Source of the DNA: Candidatus Micrarchaeota archaeon
GTDB taxonomy: Archaea; Micrarchaeota; Micrarchaeia; Anstonellales; Anstonellaceae
DNA length: 64,000 nt
Assembly: GCA_964650545.1 (NCBI GenBank)
Contig: CAZYTZ010000001.1
Span: 23,686 to 87,685 of the forward strand
Direction: 5' to 3'
The notes under the pieces are model-generated. The model saw nothing but the letters and a program-made list of their open reading frames with translations. It was not told the DNA's origin and did no database searches. Below, piece after piece: positions 17,974 through 27,457 of the stretch (positions are counted from its first letter, which is position 1; each line of letters starts with the position of its first letter). A program made the translations under genes and the position numbers.

Positions 17974-18369
17974 CTAAGAGCCCTCCGAGGGCGCTTCGTT
18001 TGCCAGCACGTATCTCATGCTGTAATCTATGAACTCCTTCCCGCCGTTCTCGTCCAGCCACGCCTTCACTGCCTTGAAATTCCTTGAAAGCTCGACATCA
18101 GAGTTAATCTGCCCTTTGAAATCTGGTCTGCTTGGATAAGCATAGTAGACCAACATAGCATAAATTTGCAGGACTTTTTCAGCCTCACCGTGTATCGAAA
18201 CTCTCGCCTGCGCGTTCTTTGTTGAATTATATTTCTCAAACAGCGTGGCAACATACTCCTTTGCCAGGCGGTTGGTGAACCACAGCTTGTAGTCGCTGTT
18301 CGCCACCGCGTCCTCAATCGTCTTGTAAAAGTCGGGCGCGCCTTCCACGAATTCGTTTTTTCCTTTCAT
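17974..18369 (-). CDS. Hypothetical protein (131 aa), first gene of the giant-protein cluster.
   Basis: The start is placed at ATG 18367-18369 (MKGKNEFVEGAPDFYK...), preceded by a GGGGTGG SD-like motif. A TTTAAATA-like element lies further upstream on the minus strand (plus strand about 18491-18500). Confidence 0.45.
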   Translation of the reverse strand: MKGKNEFVEGAPDFYKTIEDAVANSDYKLWFTNRLAKEYVATLFEKYNSTKNAQARVSIHGEAEKVLQIYAMLVYYAYPSRPDFKGQINSDVELSRNFKAVKAWLDENGGKEFIDYSMRYVLANEAPSEGS

Positions 18370-18528
18370 TTCGCCACCCCTACCAGAGAGGAATTTGCCT
18401 CTTTTGGCGCGCAGCTTGCACTCTCCAAAAAGCCACAATCTTGCACTAAATGCATCACACGCGCCTCTTCATGTTTATGCGACGTTCTGTATTTAAACCT
18501 TCCCGGCAAATATAAAAACGCGACCAGC

Positions 18529-19095
18529 ATGGAAATGATTGAGCAGGCTCCAGCCCACAGCAGGGCATCCCAAATCCAGCTTGAGCGCGAGCCGCAGTCA
18601 GTGCGCAAGCCCCGCTTCCCGCGCACGCCGCTTGAGCGCGAGGACGCGTTCATCGACCCTCTGCGCGAGGCAAAGCTCCTTCTCCCTGAGCAGACGGTTG
18701 CTTCTTCCACTATAATGCTTGAGAACGCGGTTGCCACTGTAACACGCCAGCCAAGCTCGCAAAAACAGGGCGCGTTTGCCTCCATTTACGATTATCTGCT
18801 TTCCCTTTTCACTTCCGTGAAAAAGCGCCTGAGGGGCAGCGCGCGCTACAAGGCGCGCTTAACGCAGCGCGGCGAGGAAGCATTGGAACAGCTGCGCTAT
18901 CTTTCGCTTCTTTGCGATGCAACAGACTGCCGCACGCCTGAGGAGGTATTGGCTGCAGAAGGTGCATTCGGCGAGGCATACCATGAGATACTGAGCTTAT
19001 CTTCCAACCTTGAGAGGATGGCTGAAAAAGAGGCAGACCACCATCTTCACCACTACAAGAAGCATTTCTCATCTGTCCTGAGGAGCACTGACTGA
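18529..19095 (+). CDS. Hypothetical protein (188 aa) with a low-complexity N-terminus.
   Basis: It is an ATG-initiated ORF divergent from the giant-protein cluster. It has no recognisable motifs, and the true start may be further downstream. Confidence 0.3.
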   Translation: MEMIEQAPAHSRASQIQLEREPQSVRKPRFPRTPLEREDAFIDPLREAKLLLPEQTVASSTIMLENAVATVTRQPSSQKQGAFASIYDYLLSLFTSVKKRLRGSARYKARLTQRGEEALEQLRYLSLLCDATDCRTPEEVLAAEGAFGEAYHEILSLSSNLERMAEKEADHHLHHYKKHFSSVLRSTD

Positions 19096-19106
19096 CGGGC
19101 GATGCC

Positions 19107-19547
19107 ATGAACTGGCGTGCGCATCTTTTCATAGGAATCTCCTGCGGGGCAATTGCCTCCTTCTTCCTCAACCTTTCCTTCACTGAGACTGCGCTTTTCA
19201 CCGCAATATCAGCTGCTTCCTCATTGCTGCCAGACTTGGACATAAGAAGCAGCAAGGCGTCCAGGGCCGCATACGCAGTGGCATTTCTTGCGGTTCTTGC
19301 AGCAGCCTATTTCCTGTCATTCGCAAAAGGAGGAGGCGTGGGCGATTTCCTCTCTTCGTTTGCCATAATCGCCGCAGCTTTGCTTGCAATTGACTTTCTC
19401 CTCAGGCCGCGCCACAGGGGCGCATTGCACGGCGCGCCATTTGCGCTTGCGGCTGCCGCGCTTTGCTACTTCATTTTCGGCGCGCTTCCTGCAGGGGCAT
19501 TTCTCATAGGCTATTGCTCGCACCTTGCTGCCGACAGGCTTTCCTGA
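19107..19547 (+). CDS. Membrane-bound metal-dependent hydrolase-like protein (DUF457/YdjM-like).
   Basis: It has four predicted TM helices and is His-containing (RPRHRGALHGAPF, GYCSHLAADRLS). The 3' end of the gene is partially duplicated downstream (see findings). Confidence 0.45.
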   Translation: MNWRAHLFIGISCGAIASFFLNLSFTETALFTAISAASSLLPDLDIRSSKASRAAYAVAFLAVLAAAYFLSFAKGGGVGDFLSSFAIIAAALLAIDFLLRPRHRGALHGAPFALAAAALCYFIFGALPAGAFLIGYCSHLAADRLS

Positions 19548-19616
19548 GGGCCGGTGCAGGCTGGCGCCTGTCTGCGCGCTTACCGCCTTCCTCATAGGCT
19601 ACCCACTTTTTGCAGA

Positions 19617-19638
19617 GCAAAAAGGGGCCCCTTTTTGC
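19617..19638. repeat. Perfect 22-nt palindrome GCAAAAAGGGGCCCCTTTTTGC, embedded between two diverged copies of the 3' end of the upstream gene.
   Basis: The palindrome is read directly from the sequence. The flanking segments ctcataggcta and gctcgcaccttg each occur twice (19503-19526 and 19591-19669). Confidence 0.6.
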
Positions 19639-19733
19639 CAGCGGGCAAAAAGAGGGCTGCTCGCACCTTGTGGCGGACAGATTCCCCTGAAAGGGCAAAC
19701 AGATTAATTACTTGCCCTCGAAACCATGCCATG

Positions 19734-20204
19734 GCACTTCCAATAGGCTTTTCAGACCTCATCCCGCCGCTCTTGCTTGTAAAGGCGCTTCTGGCATGGC
19801 TTGCTTTTTTCATTTTCATCTACTACTGGCACTACTGGCAAAAGGCAAAAGGAAAGCTCCCAGTGCATTTCTTTTTCACCAAATGGCGCGCGGTGAGGCA
19901 CGCGCTGTTCCTCGGGCTTGCCTCGCTGGGATTTGCCATAGGTTTTTCCATAGAGCTTTTCAGCGCACAGCTTGGCATGGCTGCAGACACCGCCAGGATA
20001 ACGTCCAGCATTTTTGAGACAGCCTCGCTTTTTGGCATGCTCTACGTTTTTTTCTCCCTTGCGCTTGAGGACGTGCCCCACTTCCAAAGGATTTCCGACT
20101 CGTCTGCGCAGAAAGTTGCGCCGCATTCGGAAAAGCCGGCGCACAAGCCTACTAACAAGCCTATTAAAAAGAGGGCAAGGAAAAAGAGAAAGGGGAGAAA
20201 GTGA
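19734..20204 (+). CDS. Small membrane protein with a Lys/Arg-rich C-terminal tail.
   Basis: The start is placed at ATG 19734 (MALPIGFSDLIPPLLLVKALLAWLAFFIFIYYW...). It has 3-4 TM segments and a KKRARKKRKGRK tail. The ORF-track upstream extension (GTG at 19554) overlaps the palindrome region. Confidence 0.4.
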   Translation, partial: ALPIGFSDLIPPLLLVKALLAWLAFFIFIYYWHYWQKAKGKLPVHFFFTKWRAVRHALFLGLASLGFAIGFSIELFSAQLGMAADTARITSSIFETASLFGMLYVFFSLALEDVPHFQRISDSSAQKVAPHSEKPAHKPTNKPIKKRARKKRKGRK

Positions 20205-20232
20205 CCCCTTGCAACAATGGAGGATTGAGCTT

Positions 20233-20643
20233 ATGGGTATCCTTGATGGCCTGATGGGAAAGAAGGAGGCGCCTGCGCGCGCAGGGCTGCCGTTCAACGT
20301 GTCAACAGCACTGAGGCCAGTGCGCTTGAACGCGCGGAAGGACAACTGCCTTGAGCTATTGGTGACTGTTGCAAACGCGTCTGATTCACCAATGATGCTT
20401 TCCGTGAACCTTGAGATGCCAAAGTCCCTTGGATTTGAGAACCTTGGGATTACGAAGATAAAGGAAATCCGCATTGGCGAGCTTCCTGCGCAAAAATCAA
20501 AGACTGTCAGTTTCTCAGTGTGCGCAAACTCCCTGACCCCTGCTGGCACCTACTCGGCGCTTCTTACAGTGAGCCAACACTACCGCGACTATTTGCACGT
20601 GCAAAACTACGCCAAGAAAAGCGTGGAAGTGCGCGTGGTGTGA
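20233..20643 (+). CDS. Hypothetical protein (about 137 aa) that looks beta-rich.
   Basis: The start is placed at ATG 20233 (MGILDGLMGKK...). Its stop lies just before cysS. Confidence 0.35.
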   Translation: MGILDGLMGKKEAPARAGLPFNVSTALRPVRLNARKDNCLELLVTVANASDSPMMLSVNLEMPKSLGFENLGITKIKEIRIGELPAQKSKTVSFSVCANSLTPAGTYSALLTVSQHYRDYLHVQNYAKKSVEVRVV

Positions 20644-20646
20644 ACG

Positions 20647-22107
20647 GTGCGCAACTTGAAAATACAAAACACGCTTTCAGGCAAGAAGGAAGAATTCACG
20701 CCGCTCAAAGGGAACAAGGTGCAAATGTACGTATGCGGCGTCACGCCGTATGACGCCAGCCACCTGGGGCATGCGCGCACGTTCGTCTCTTTTGACAATA
20801 TCCGCCGCTACCTGATTTTCAAGGGCTTTGACGTCAAGTTCGTGCAGAACGTCACCGACATAGACGACAAGATAATCAACCGCGCGCGCGAGCGCAAGGT
20901 GGAGCCCACTGCGCTTGCTGACAAGTACGCCAAGCAGTACGAGAAGGAGTGCGCTCTGCTTGGTGTGATGGCACCAGACACGTCTCCGCGCGTGAGCGGC
21001 TTTATCCCGCAGATAATCTCGCTCATAGAACAACTTGAGAAAAAGGGCGTTGCCTACAAGACTTCATCAGGCGTTTACTTCGAAGTTGGCAAATTCCCTC
21101 AATACGGCAAGCTCTCGCACCAGTCATCAGAGGCGCTGAAAGCCGGTGCCAGGGTGGAAGTGGACGAGGAGAAGAAAAACCCCCAGGACTTTGCTCTTTG
21201 GAAGCTTGGCGAGGAGCCTGGCGCCACGTTCGGCTCGCCATGGGGCAACGGAAGGCCTGGCTGGCACATAGAGTGCTCTGCAATGGCAACCTCGCTTTTG
21301 GGCGACACAATTGACATACACGGAGGCGCGCGCGACCTGATTTTCCCGCACCATGAAAACGAAATCGCGCAGTCAGAGGCTGCAACCGGCAAGCCGTTTG
21401 TGCGCTACTTCGTGCACACAGGCTTTCTCACAGTGAACGGTGAGAAGATGGCAAAGTCGCTTGGCAACTTCATCACCATTTCGGATGGCTTGAAAAAATA
21501 CGGCGCGCAGCCCCTGCGCATGCTTTTTTCACTTTCACACTACTCCAGCCCAATAGACTTTACCGAAGAGTCAGTGAAGGCAGCAGGAAGCGCGCTTTCA
21601 TCTCTTCACGCAGCACTCTCATCAGCGCGCACCTATTCCCCACAAGCATCTGCCAGTGGTGCGCTTGCCGCTGCCGTAGCAGAAGCAGAGGAAAATTTCA
21701 TCTCAGCAATGGACGATGATTTTGATGCTCCATCCGCAATGGCCGCGCTTTTCGCGCTTGCGAAAAAAATAAGCGGCGCCTGTTCAGAGGCAAGCGCAAG
21801 CGAGCAGGAAGTGAAGGCGGCGGCAGCCTTGCTTGAGAAGCTTCTTGGCATCTTTGGTCTTCTCCCGTCTGCAGAGGAAAAGGGCGAGGACGCGTCAGCA
21901 GCCGTGGCAAAAGTTTGCAAGCACTTCAAACTCGCGCACTCAGGCACGCTTGAGGAAATGATAGGCGCGCTCATTGAGGCGCGCAACGAAGCGCGCAAGA
22001 AGAAGGATTTCGCAGCATCTGATTCCATCAGAAGCGAGCTTGCAAAGGCAGGAATCGCGCTTGAGGACAGGAAGGACGGGACAACAGGGTATCGGCTTGC
22101 CAAATAA
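20647..22107 (+). CDS. cysS: Cysteinyl-tRNA synthetase (class I).
   Basis: It has the HIGH motif (SHLGHARTFVSFD) and the KMSKS motif (KMAKSLGN), with canonical CysRS zinc-binding context. It starts with GTG. Confidence 0.9.
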   Translation: MRNLKIQNTLSGKKEEFTPLKGNKVQMYVCGVTPYDASHLGHARTFVSFDNIRRYLIFKGFDVKFVQNVTDIDDKIINRARERKVEPTALADKYAKQYEKECALLGVMAPDTSPRVSGFIPQIISLIEQLEKKGVAYKTSSGVYFEVGKFPQYGKLSHQSSEALKAGARVEVDEEKKNPQDFALWKLGEEPGATFGSPWGNGRPGWHIECSAMATSLLGDTIDIHGGARDLIFPHHENEIAQSEAATGKPFVRYFVHTGFLTVNGEKMAKSLGNFITISDGLKKYGAQPLRMLFSLSHYSSPIDFTEESVKAAGSALSSLHAALSSARTYSPQASASGALAAAVAEAEENFISAMDDDFDAPSAMAALFALAKKISGACSEASASEQEVKAAAALLEKLLGIFGLLPSAEEKGEDASAAVAKVCKHFKLAHSGTLEEMIGALIEARNEARKKKDFAASDSIRSELAKAGIALEDRKDGTTGYRLAK

Positions 22108-22191
22108 TACGGATCCGGCAGGTTTTTCTCGTTTTACACACATATGCATTTAAAAGAACTTCTGGGGCATTTCCCACGGAGAGGTGTTTGA

Positions 22192-22857
22192 GTGTTGCTT
22201 TTCAATGTCGTTTCTGCCGGACCTGCAGCGGCTGTTCAAAAGGAGGCTGCGCCCCCGGCCCAAGTTGCGGAAAAGAAACAGAATAAAGTTTCCCTGTTCT
22301 TCAGAAAGATGTTTTCCACGCAAGAAGTCCAATACAAGCGCCCAACAAAAGAGCCGGCAAGGTTTTTTTCGTTTCTTAAGCAGCACAATGAATCCTTGCG
22401 CATATATTCCATCAATTATAACGCCCTTAAATCTCCCATGCCTGCTATGGGGCAGGCATGCGCCATTGAGGCGGTTAATGTATCTGACCAGAGCATGGCA
22501 TATTCGGTGTCACAGTTGTCTTCTTACAGCAAGGGCAAGGACATAGCCAAAACAATCAAGGTCCACCAGGCAAAAATCAGGACGATGATTTCTGTTGCCG
22601 GGGGGCTGTTAATGGCTGCTGGTGGCTATCTCGCATTCAACTACGGGCAGCTTACCACCCTGTCTTCCACCGTGTTCGCCCTTCCCCAGAACGTCTCTGA
22701 TTGGATCCCGGGCGCAGCCATCGCTTTGATCGGCGCGCTGGTCATCCTGTGGGGCGTGACTTACAAGGTCCAAAAGAAACTCATCTTCGAAAGCAAGAAG
22801 CTGCTTGCCGAGCTTGGAATATCGCTCAACGGCAAGGGCGAAAAGAAGGACGTCTAG
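22192..22857 (+). CDS. Hypothetical membrane protein (221 aa).
   Basis: It has a GTG start with ggagaggtg 7 nt upstream and a TTTAAAAG element at 22150-22158. Two C-terminal TM helices are predicted. Confidence 0.4.
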   Translation: MLLFNVVSAGPAAAVQKEAAPPAQVAEKKQNKVSLFFRKMFSTQEVQYKRPTKEPARFFSFLKQHNESLRIYSINYNALKSPMPAMGQACAIEAVNVSDQSMAYSVSQLSSYSKGKDIAKTIKVHQAKIRTMISVAGGLLMAAGGYLAFNYGQLTTLSSTVFALPQNVSDWIPGAAIALIGALVILWGVTYKVQKKLIFESKKLLAELGISLNGKGEKKDV

Positions 22858-23142
22858 CGGGAAAACCATCACGAGGAGCCAAACAGCCTCTGTTTTTTCT
22901 TTCTCCTAATTTCTGAACAGGTAGTATGCCAGCACAAGCGCAATGCCGCCTGAGACGAGGTTGAAAATAGGGCTTGGCGTGGAGACTGACACATTAACCC
23001 CGATGAAGGGCAGCAGCACCTGTATGCCATAGAGGAAAAGTATCCCAGCGAGAAAGCTTCTCAGTTCCATATGCGCACCAACCATTATCTGTTCACTTCG
23101 GTTTAAAAACTTTGATTGCCAACTTGCAATTGAGGTGCGATT

Positions 23143-23685
23143 ATGAAAATTGATGTTCGCGTAGGCCAATGCATGACCGTCGGGGTATTCACGCTCACTG
23201 CAGACAAGACAGTGTATGACGCCTCTCGCCTCTTGCGCAAGACTAGCATAGGCTCAATCATTGTCATGCAGAAAGGCAAGGCAAAAGGCATAATCACTGA
23301 GCGTGACATAGTCTACAAGGTGATTGCAAACGGCAAGAACCCGAAAACTACCAAGTTAGGCTCGGTAATGAGCCGACCGCTGAAAGTGATAAAGGCATCC
23401 GACCGCGTGGAGTCCGCAGCATCTGCGCTGCGCGCAAACAAGATAAAGCGCCTGCCGGTTGTTGACAGGAAGGGCAAGCTCGTCGGCATTGTGACCGAGG
23501 GCGACCTTCTTCGCGTCTACCCTGGCATGATGGATGTGGTTTCCGAAATGCAGGAAATCCGCAAGAGCAAGCCAAACGAAATCTACACCGGGGTTTGCGA
23601 CGTGTGCGGCTGTTTCACAGAGGAGCTCAAGCGCGACGAGGGCAAGCTCAAGTGCGAGGAATGCATAGAGGAAGACGAGGTTTAG
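23143..23685 (+). CDS. CBS-pair domain protein with a C-terminal CxxC...CxxC zinc ribbon.
   Basis: It has two CBS motifs (TVGVFTLTADKTVYDASRLL... and RLPVVDRKGKLVGIVTEGDLLRV) and a CDVCGC...CEEC tail. A gaggtg SD lies 6 nt upstream of the ATG. Confidence 0.7.
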   Translation: MKIDVRVGQCMTVGVFTLTADKTVYDASRLLRKTSIGSIIVMQKGKAKGIITERDIVYKVIANGKNPKTTKLGSVMSRPLKVIKASDRVESAASALRANKIKRLPVVDRKGKLVGIVTEGDLLRVYPGMMDVVSEMQEIRKSKPNEIYTGVCDVCGCFTEELKRDEGKLKCEECIEEDEV

Positions 23686-23781
23686 CTTTCCCTTCTTATT
23701 CTTTTTCTTCTCTTACCCTACAGGTATCGCCATATCATTCGAGCCTGCTGGCTTGAATACTAAAAATTCCTGGGAATTTTC

Positions 23782-24168
23782 ATGGCATTCGGCACTTACA
23801 AAAAAGGCGCGCGCGCAGAGCGCGAGCTCATCCATTTCTTTTCAGGAAACGGGTTTGAGGTGATACGCGCAGCCGGCTCAGGGGTGAATTCCCTTTCGCC
23901 GGACCTGCTGGCATTCAAGCAGGGCAGGCAATACGCAATCGAGTGCAAGGCATGGGACTCAGGCTCACTGTCATTTCCCAAGGAAAAAGTCGCAGGGATG
24001 CTGAAATGGGAGGAAGTGACTGGCATTACCTATCTGATTGGCTGGCGCGTTTCGCGCGAAGGCTGGCTGCTGTTCCCAGTCCATCTTCTTGCCGAGCAGA
24101 AAAAAACGTTTACCATCACGCTTGCGCGAGCACGGCTTGCTGGCAGGAAGCCTGAAGACTTAATATAA
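23782..24168 (+). CDS. hjc: Holliday junction resolvase Hjc.
   Basis: It has the typical archaeal Hjc size (128 aa) and motifs (KGARAERELIHFFSGNGFEVIRAAGSG...PDLLA...AIECK). Confidence 0.75.
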   Translation: MAFGTYKKGARAERELIHFFSGNGFEVIRAAGSGVNSLSPDLLAFKQGRQYAIECKAWDSGSLSFPKEKVAGMLKWEEVTGITYLIGWRVSREGWLLFPVHLLAEQKKTFTITLARARLAGRKPEDLI

Positions 24169-24230
24169 ACTCCCGCGCAAATCATGGCGGCAGATGATGA
24201 GCATTACGACTCTGACTTGTGATGACGTGA

Positions 24231-24245
24231 CTTGACTCTGATGCC
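24231..24245 (+). repeat. Copy 1 of the exact 15-mer CTTGACTCTGATGCC, which is also found at 29217 and 32488.
   Basis: It is an exact sequence match. A gactctga half-copy lies 26 nt upstream. Confidence 0.6.
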
Positions 24246-24581
24246 CCTATCTAACACTAACTACAACCAATTAGAAATAACCATTAATCATCGAAGAATC
24301 GCCCCGGAAGACGATTGATGCGCACATTATTCACAGGAGATTAATAATACAGCCCAAGGCTAACTCAAAGGAGCAAACTCAGGCGGGCTATAATTTCTTG
24401 TGCCATATCTTGTCGTCCGTCGTCTGTGGCTTATTGACGCCGCCTTCCTTGTCCGTAAGCAAGTCATCGTAGATTTTTGTTTCAGGCTTGCCGTCGCTGT
24501 CTGCGATGGTGCGAAGGCGATAACAAGGACTGAGGTGCCGGAGACGGTGGCGGGGATGTTTGGATAACGGACGGTCTGAAG

Positions 24582-25337
24582 TTATATTGGCTTACTCGCC
24601 CCCCAAAATTCCTCAAAATAAGCTTTGAAAGAATCCGCAATCTGCTGGTTGGTTATCTCTATTGTGACCGGCGCATCCGACTGCAAGCCGATCACCACAA
24701 CATCCTTGTAGCCCATTATCCATGCTGGCGCGCTCAAGCCCGATGGCATGTAGCGTGCGTCACAGCCTGCAAAGCTGTTCCTGTTCTTCAGTATTTTCGC
24801 ATCCGTGTCTTTCTGGAAAAGCAGCCTGCACTTTATGCCTGCCTTCACCCTCCTTGCGTGGTCGCGCTTCCAGTAAGAGTGGAAATGCTCTTCCTGCTCT
24901 GTGGGGATTCCAAGGAAATAGTATTCTTCCCCTGATTTCAGTTTCCCATACATGTTCTCATGAGCAGATACCATTCCACGGAAGCCAATGTATAGGCGCG
25001 CCTCGGGCACCTTTGCCGCTTTCTGCATTGCCATGAGCTTGGGAATCATTTCCTCTATTTTCCTGCTGCTTTCCTCAAGCCTCTTTTTCCTCTCAGCCAT
25101 GTAATCCAGTATGCTTGAAGGGGAGGCTGCCTGGAAGTGCTTTGTCTTCTCCTTTACAACATAGGTGACAAGCCCCTTTTGCGCCAGCCTCTCGAGTAGT
25201 TGGTAGACTATGCAGCGCGCAACCCCCGACTTCTCTACAATGGGGCCGGTGGTCGCGCTTCCCAGCTCAAGGAGGGCAATATACACCTTTGCCTCGCCCT
25301 CGGTCAGCCCTGCTTCGCGAAGTATCGAGATGTCCAT
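24582..25337 (-). CDS. TrmB-family transcriptional regulator.
   Basis: It has the N-terminal TrmB wHTH (LTEGEAKVYIALLELGSATTGPIVEKSGVARCIVYQLLERLAQKGLV). Confidence 0.7.
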   Translation of the reverse strand: MDISILREAGLTEGEAKVYIALLELGSATTGPIVEKSGVARCIVYQLLERLAQKGLVTYVVKEKTKHFQAASPSSILDYMAERKKRLEESSRKIEEMIPKLMAMQKAAKVPEARLYIGFRGMVSAHENMYGKLKSGEEYYFLGIPTEQEEHFHSYWKRDHARRVKAGIKCRLLFQKDTDAKILKNRNSFAGCDARYMPSGLSAPAWIMGYKDVVVIGLQSDAPVTIEITNQQIADSFKAYFEEFWGASKPI

Positions 25338-25483
25338 GCCTACCTTATGCGCGCCAGAGCTTATAATTGTGCCTATTTGCTCTACTAGTCATAGTAGGCA
25401 AACCTATTTATTCCCCTACCACCACAAAACACAACACAGGACAACAGAAAGGGAGGAACAAAAAACAAAACGAGGTGGTTGGG

Positions 25484-27457
25484 ATGATAAAGGGCATTCG
25501 CGGAGAAGCAGCAATCAAGGTCGATAGAAAGAATCCGATGAAATATGCAAAATTCATGATTGTGAAGGTTGAAAATGATGAATTCTATACCAAAGACATT
25601 CTTATCGCCAGGCCACAATCAACACACCCAGTTCACAGAGATATCCTTGCCATGGCTGAGCGGGTCTTTCAGCGTGGCGGAAAAAAGGTAGTCGGGAACG
25701 GCAAAGGCGGCTTCCTGAGGCTCGATAAGGGAACAAAGACTATCGAGATATCTGGAAGCAGCGAACAGTTCGGCATGGCGGACGCCACGCTTGTTGAGGG
25801 AATATTAAAAAGAAACTTTCCTGACTATAGGATAGGGGCCATTGCCAAAGAAGAGGAGGCTGCACCTGCAAAAAAGCAAATCCTGACTCCCGTGCAACTT
25901 TTCAAGATTGTCGTGTCGCATCCTGTCGAGGAGGAGCGGGGCAAAGCCGCGGTAAAATTGGTTGAAGACGCCTATAGAGAACAGGAAACATATAGTGGTT
26001 ATGGCGGGTCTTTGAAAGGCGGAATTGCAAAGAACGACCTGAGCGAGATTAAGCGGCTCATCTTCTATACATCATACGAGAGAGTTGCCCTTCTGGACCG
26101 AATCGCCAAATGCAAGGAATTCCCAGCAGAGGCAAGGGAGCTTGCGGGGATGAGATTGGTCGAAAAGGCCGATTTCGACGGCATAATGTATATCGTCAAT
26201 AATGCGAAGTTTCCTGCAACCGTGAGGGCTGCTGCAAAGCAAAAAACCTGTACTGCTGCACTGGACGATGTTATAGAGACAGCTAGGTATGGCAGGTATG
26301 ATGGTCTAATGGCAATTGCCAGAAACGAACAGCATTACGCTCGGCCAATAGAAGCAAGAGAGGAGGCAGGCATAAAATTAGTAAACGCCACAGCAAGCGC
26401 AACAGGACAAATAATCGAAATAGAGAGGCTAGAACGTTATGCAGGTTTTTGCCCGCGGGAAAATTTAACTAGGTTGAAGGAGATCGGCAATGACCAAAAA
26501 ATGCCGAAAAAGGTTAGGGCTGCTGCTTTGGATGCCATAGTGCCCATGGGCTTAAATTGGGTCAGATATTTTGTGAAACATGAAAATTGCAATGGCCTAA
26601 CCGAGCTGTCAAATAACGCAGAGTTTCCCGAGATTGTCCGTAAAGCAGCGGAAAACGGAGTCGAGGCAGCCAAAATCAAGCATGCCGAATCGCGCGTTAA
26701 AGGCATTAGGAGATGTAGGTTCGCGTCTCATGCCACCGGGGAGCTTATGGAAATCGCGAACGACCTAGGCTTGCCGGAACAAACAAGGGACATGGCAGAG
26801 AAAACAATCGGGCCAACTGCCAGATATTACATCGACCGTGCCACTGGTGAGGGGGACTACGGTATACTCCTAGACGTTCTGGATTGTGCAAAACTGCCAC
26901 AGGCAATCCGGGAGCTTGCAAAGGAGAATCTGGACACTGCAATCAAAAACTACTACGAAGACAAAGACAAAACAGGGCGTATGTGTGATGTTAAAAACGG
27001 TCTCGACACCGTAGATCCAAGAGTAATCGAAACTCTTGGAAATCTGTACGTTGATTATCTGGCCGGATGTCAGCAGTGGGAGGTTGTTGGAGACCTCCTA
27101 AAAATCGCTAACAACGCCAATATGCCAGAAAGCGTCAGAACAGCGGCCCATAATGCGGCGGACAAGGTTGCCGGGCGTGCCTTTGATGGCAGATGCGGCC
27201 GCATAGAAGATTTAGAAAAGCAAAGAGACATTGCCAATGGAGCCGGTTCATTCGAAATACCGCAAAAGTTCATCGAGACTGCCAAAAAGAACCTTGAGCC
27301 AGCAGCGTCAGACCTTATCGAGAGATATGTCAATGAGGGCGACTATGGGCGCTTGGGATGGCTAACTGGTGATAATTGGCCGGGGGAGATTAGGCTAGCG
27401 GCTAAGAAGGGCATGGAAAGATGCGCAATTAATCTGGCAAGCCAACAAAACGATTGA
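25484..27457 (+). CDS. HEAT/PBS-lyase-like repeat protein (about 657 aa) with an unknown N-terminal domain.
   Basis: It has repeated ...N(N/D)A(K/E/N)(F/M/L)P..VR.AA... units (NNAKFPATVRAAA, NNAEFPEIVRKAA, DCAKLPQAIRELA, NNANMPESVRTAA, DNWPGEIRLAA). The start is placed at ATG 25484 with a gaggtgg SD. Confidence 0.55.
   Translation: MIKGIRGEAAIKVDRKNPMKYAKFMIVKVENDEFYTKDILIARPQSTHPVHRDILAMAERVFQRGGKKVVGNGKGGFLRLDKGTKTIEISGSSEQFGMADATLVEGILKRNFPDYRIGAIAKEEEAAPAKKQILTPVQLFKIVVSHPVEEERGKAAVKLVEDAYREQETYSGYGGSLKGGIAKNDLSEIKRLIFYTSYERVALLDRIAKCKEFPAEARELAGMRLVEKADFDGIMYIVNNAKFPATVRAAAKQKTCTAALDDVIETARYGRYDGLMAIARNEQHYARPIEAREEAGIKLVNATASATGQIIEIERLERYAGFCPRENLTRLKEIGNDQKMPKKVRAAALDAIVPMGLNWVRYFVKHENCNGLTELSNNAEFPEIVRKAAENGVEAAKIKHAESRVKGIRRCRFASHATGELMEIANDLGLPEQTRDMAEKTIGPTARYYIDRATGEGDYGILLDVLDCAKLPQAIRELAKENLDTAIKNYYEDKDKTGRMCDVKNGLDTVDPRVIETLGNLYVDYLAGCQQWEVVGDLLKIANNANMPESVRTAAHNAADKVAGRAFDGRCGRIEDLEKQRDIANGAGSFEIPQKFIETAKKNLEPAASDLIERYVNEGDYGRLGWLTGDNWPGEIRLAAKKGMERCAINLASQQND

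Noticed and set aside
7260-18500. The idea that the giant-protein cluster is a tRNA-Ala-integrated provirus or integrative element.
   Set aside because: I found no integrase or recombinase, and no direct repeat of the tRNA-Ala 3' end near 18400-19100. The tRNA is intact and convergent with the cluster. The idea is kept only as a low-probability alternative inside the main finding.
19752-20549. A 265-aa minus-strand ORF overlapping two plus-strand genes and the palindrome region.
   Set aside because: It is Arg/Ser/Pro-rich with no motifs, and it overlaps plus-strand membrane-protein genes that have clearer start contexts.
24169-24581. A 413-nt spacer between the convergent hjc and TrmB genes as a possible small-protein gene (a minus-strand Arg-rich ORF of about 37 aa).
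   Set aside because: The ORF is short, Arg-rich, and has no start context. The spacer is more likely noncoding regulatory or terminator sequence carrying one copy of the 15-mer motif.
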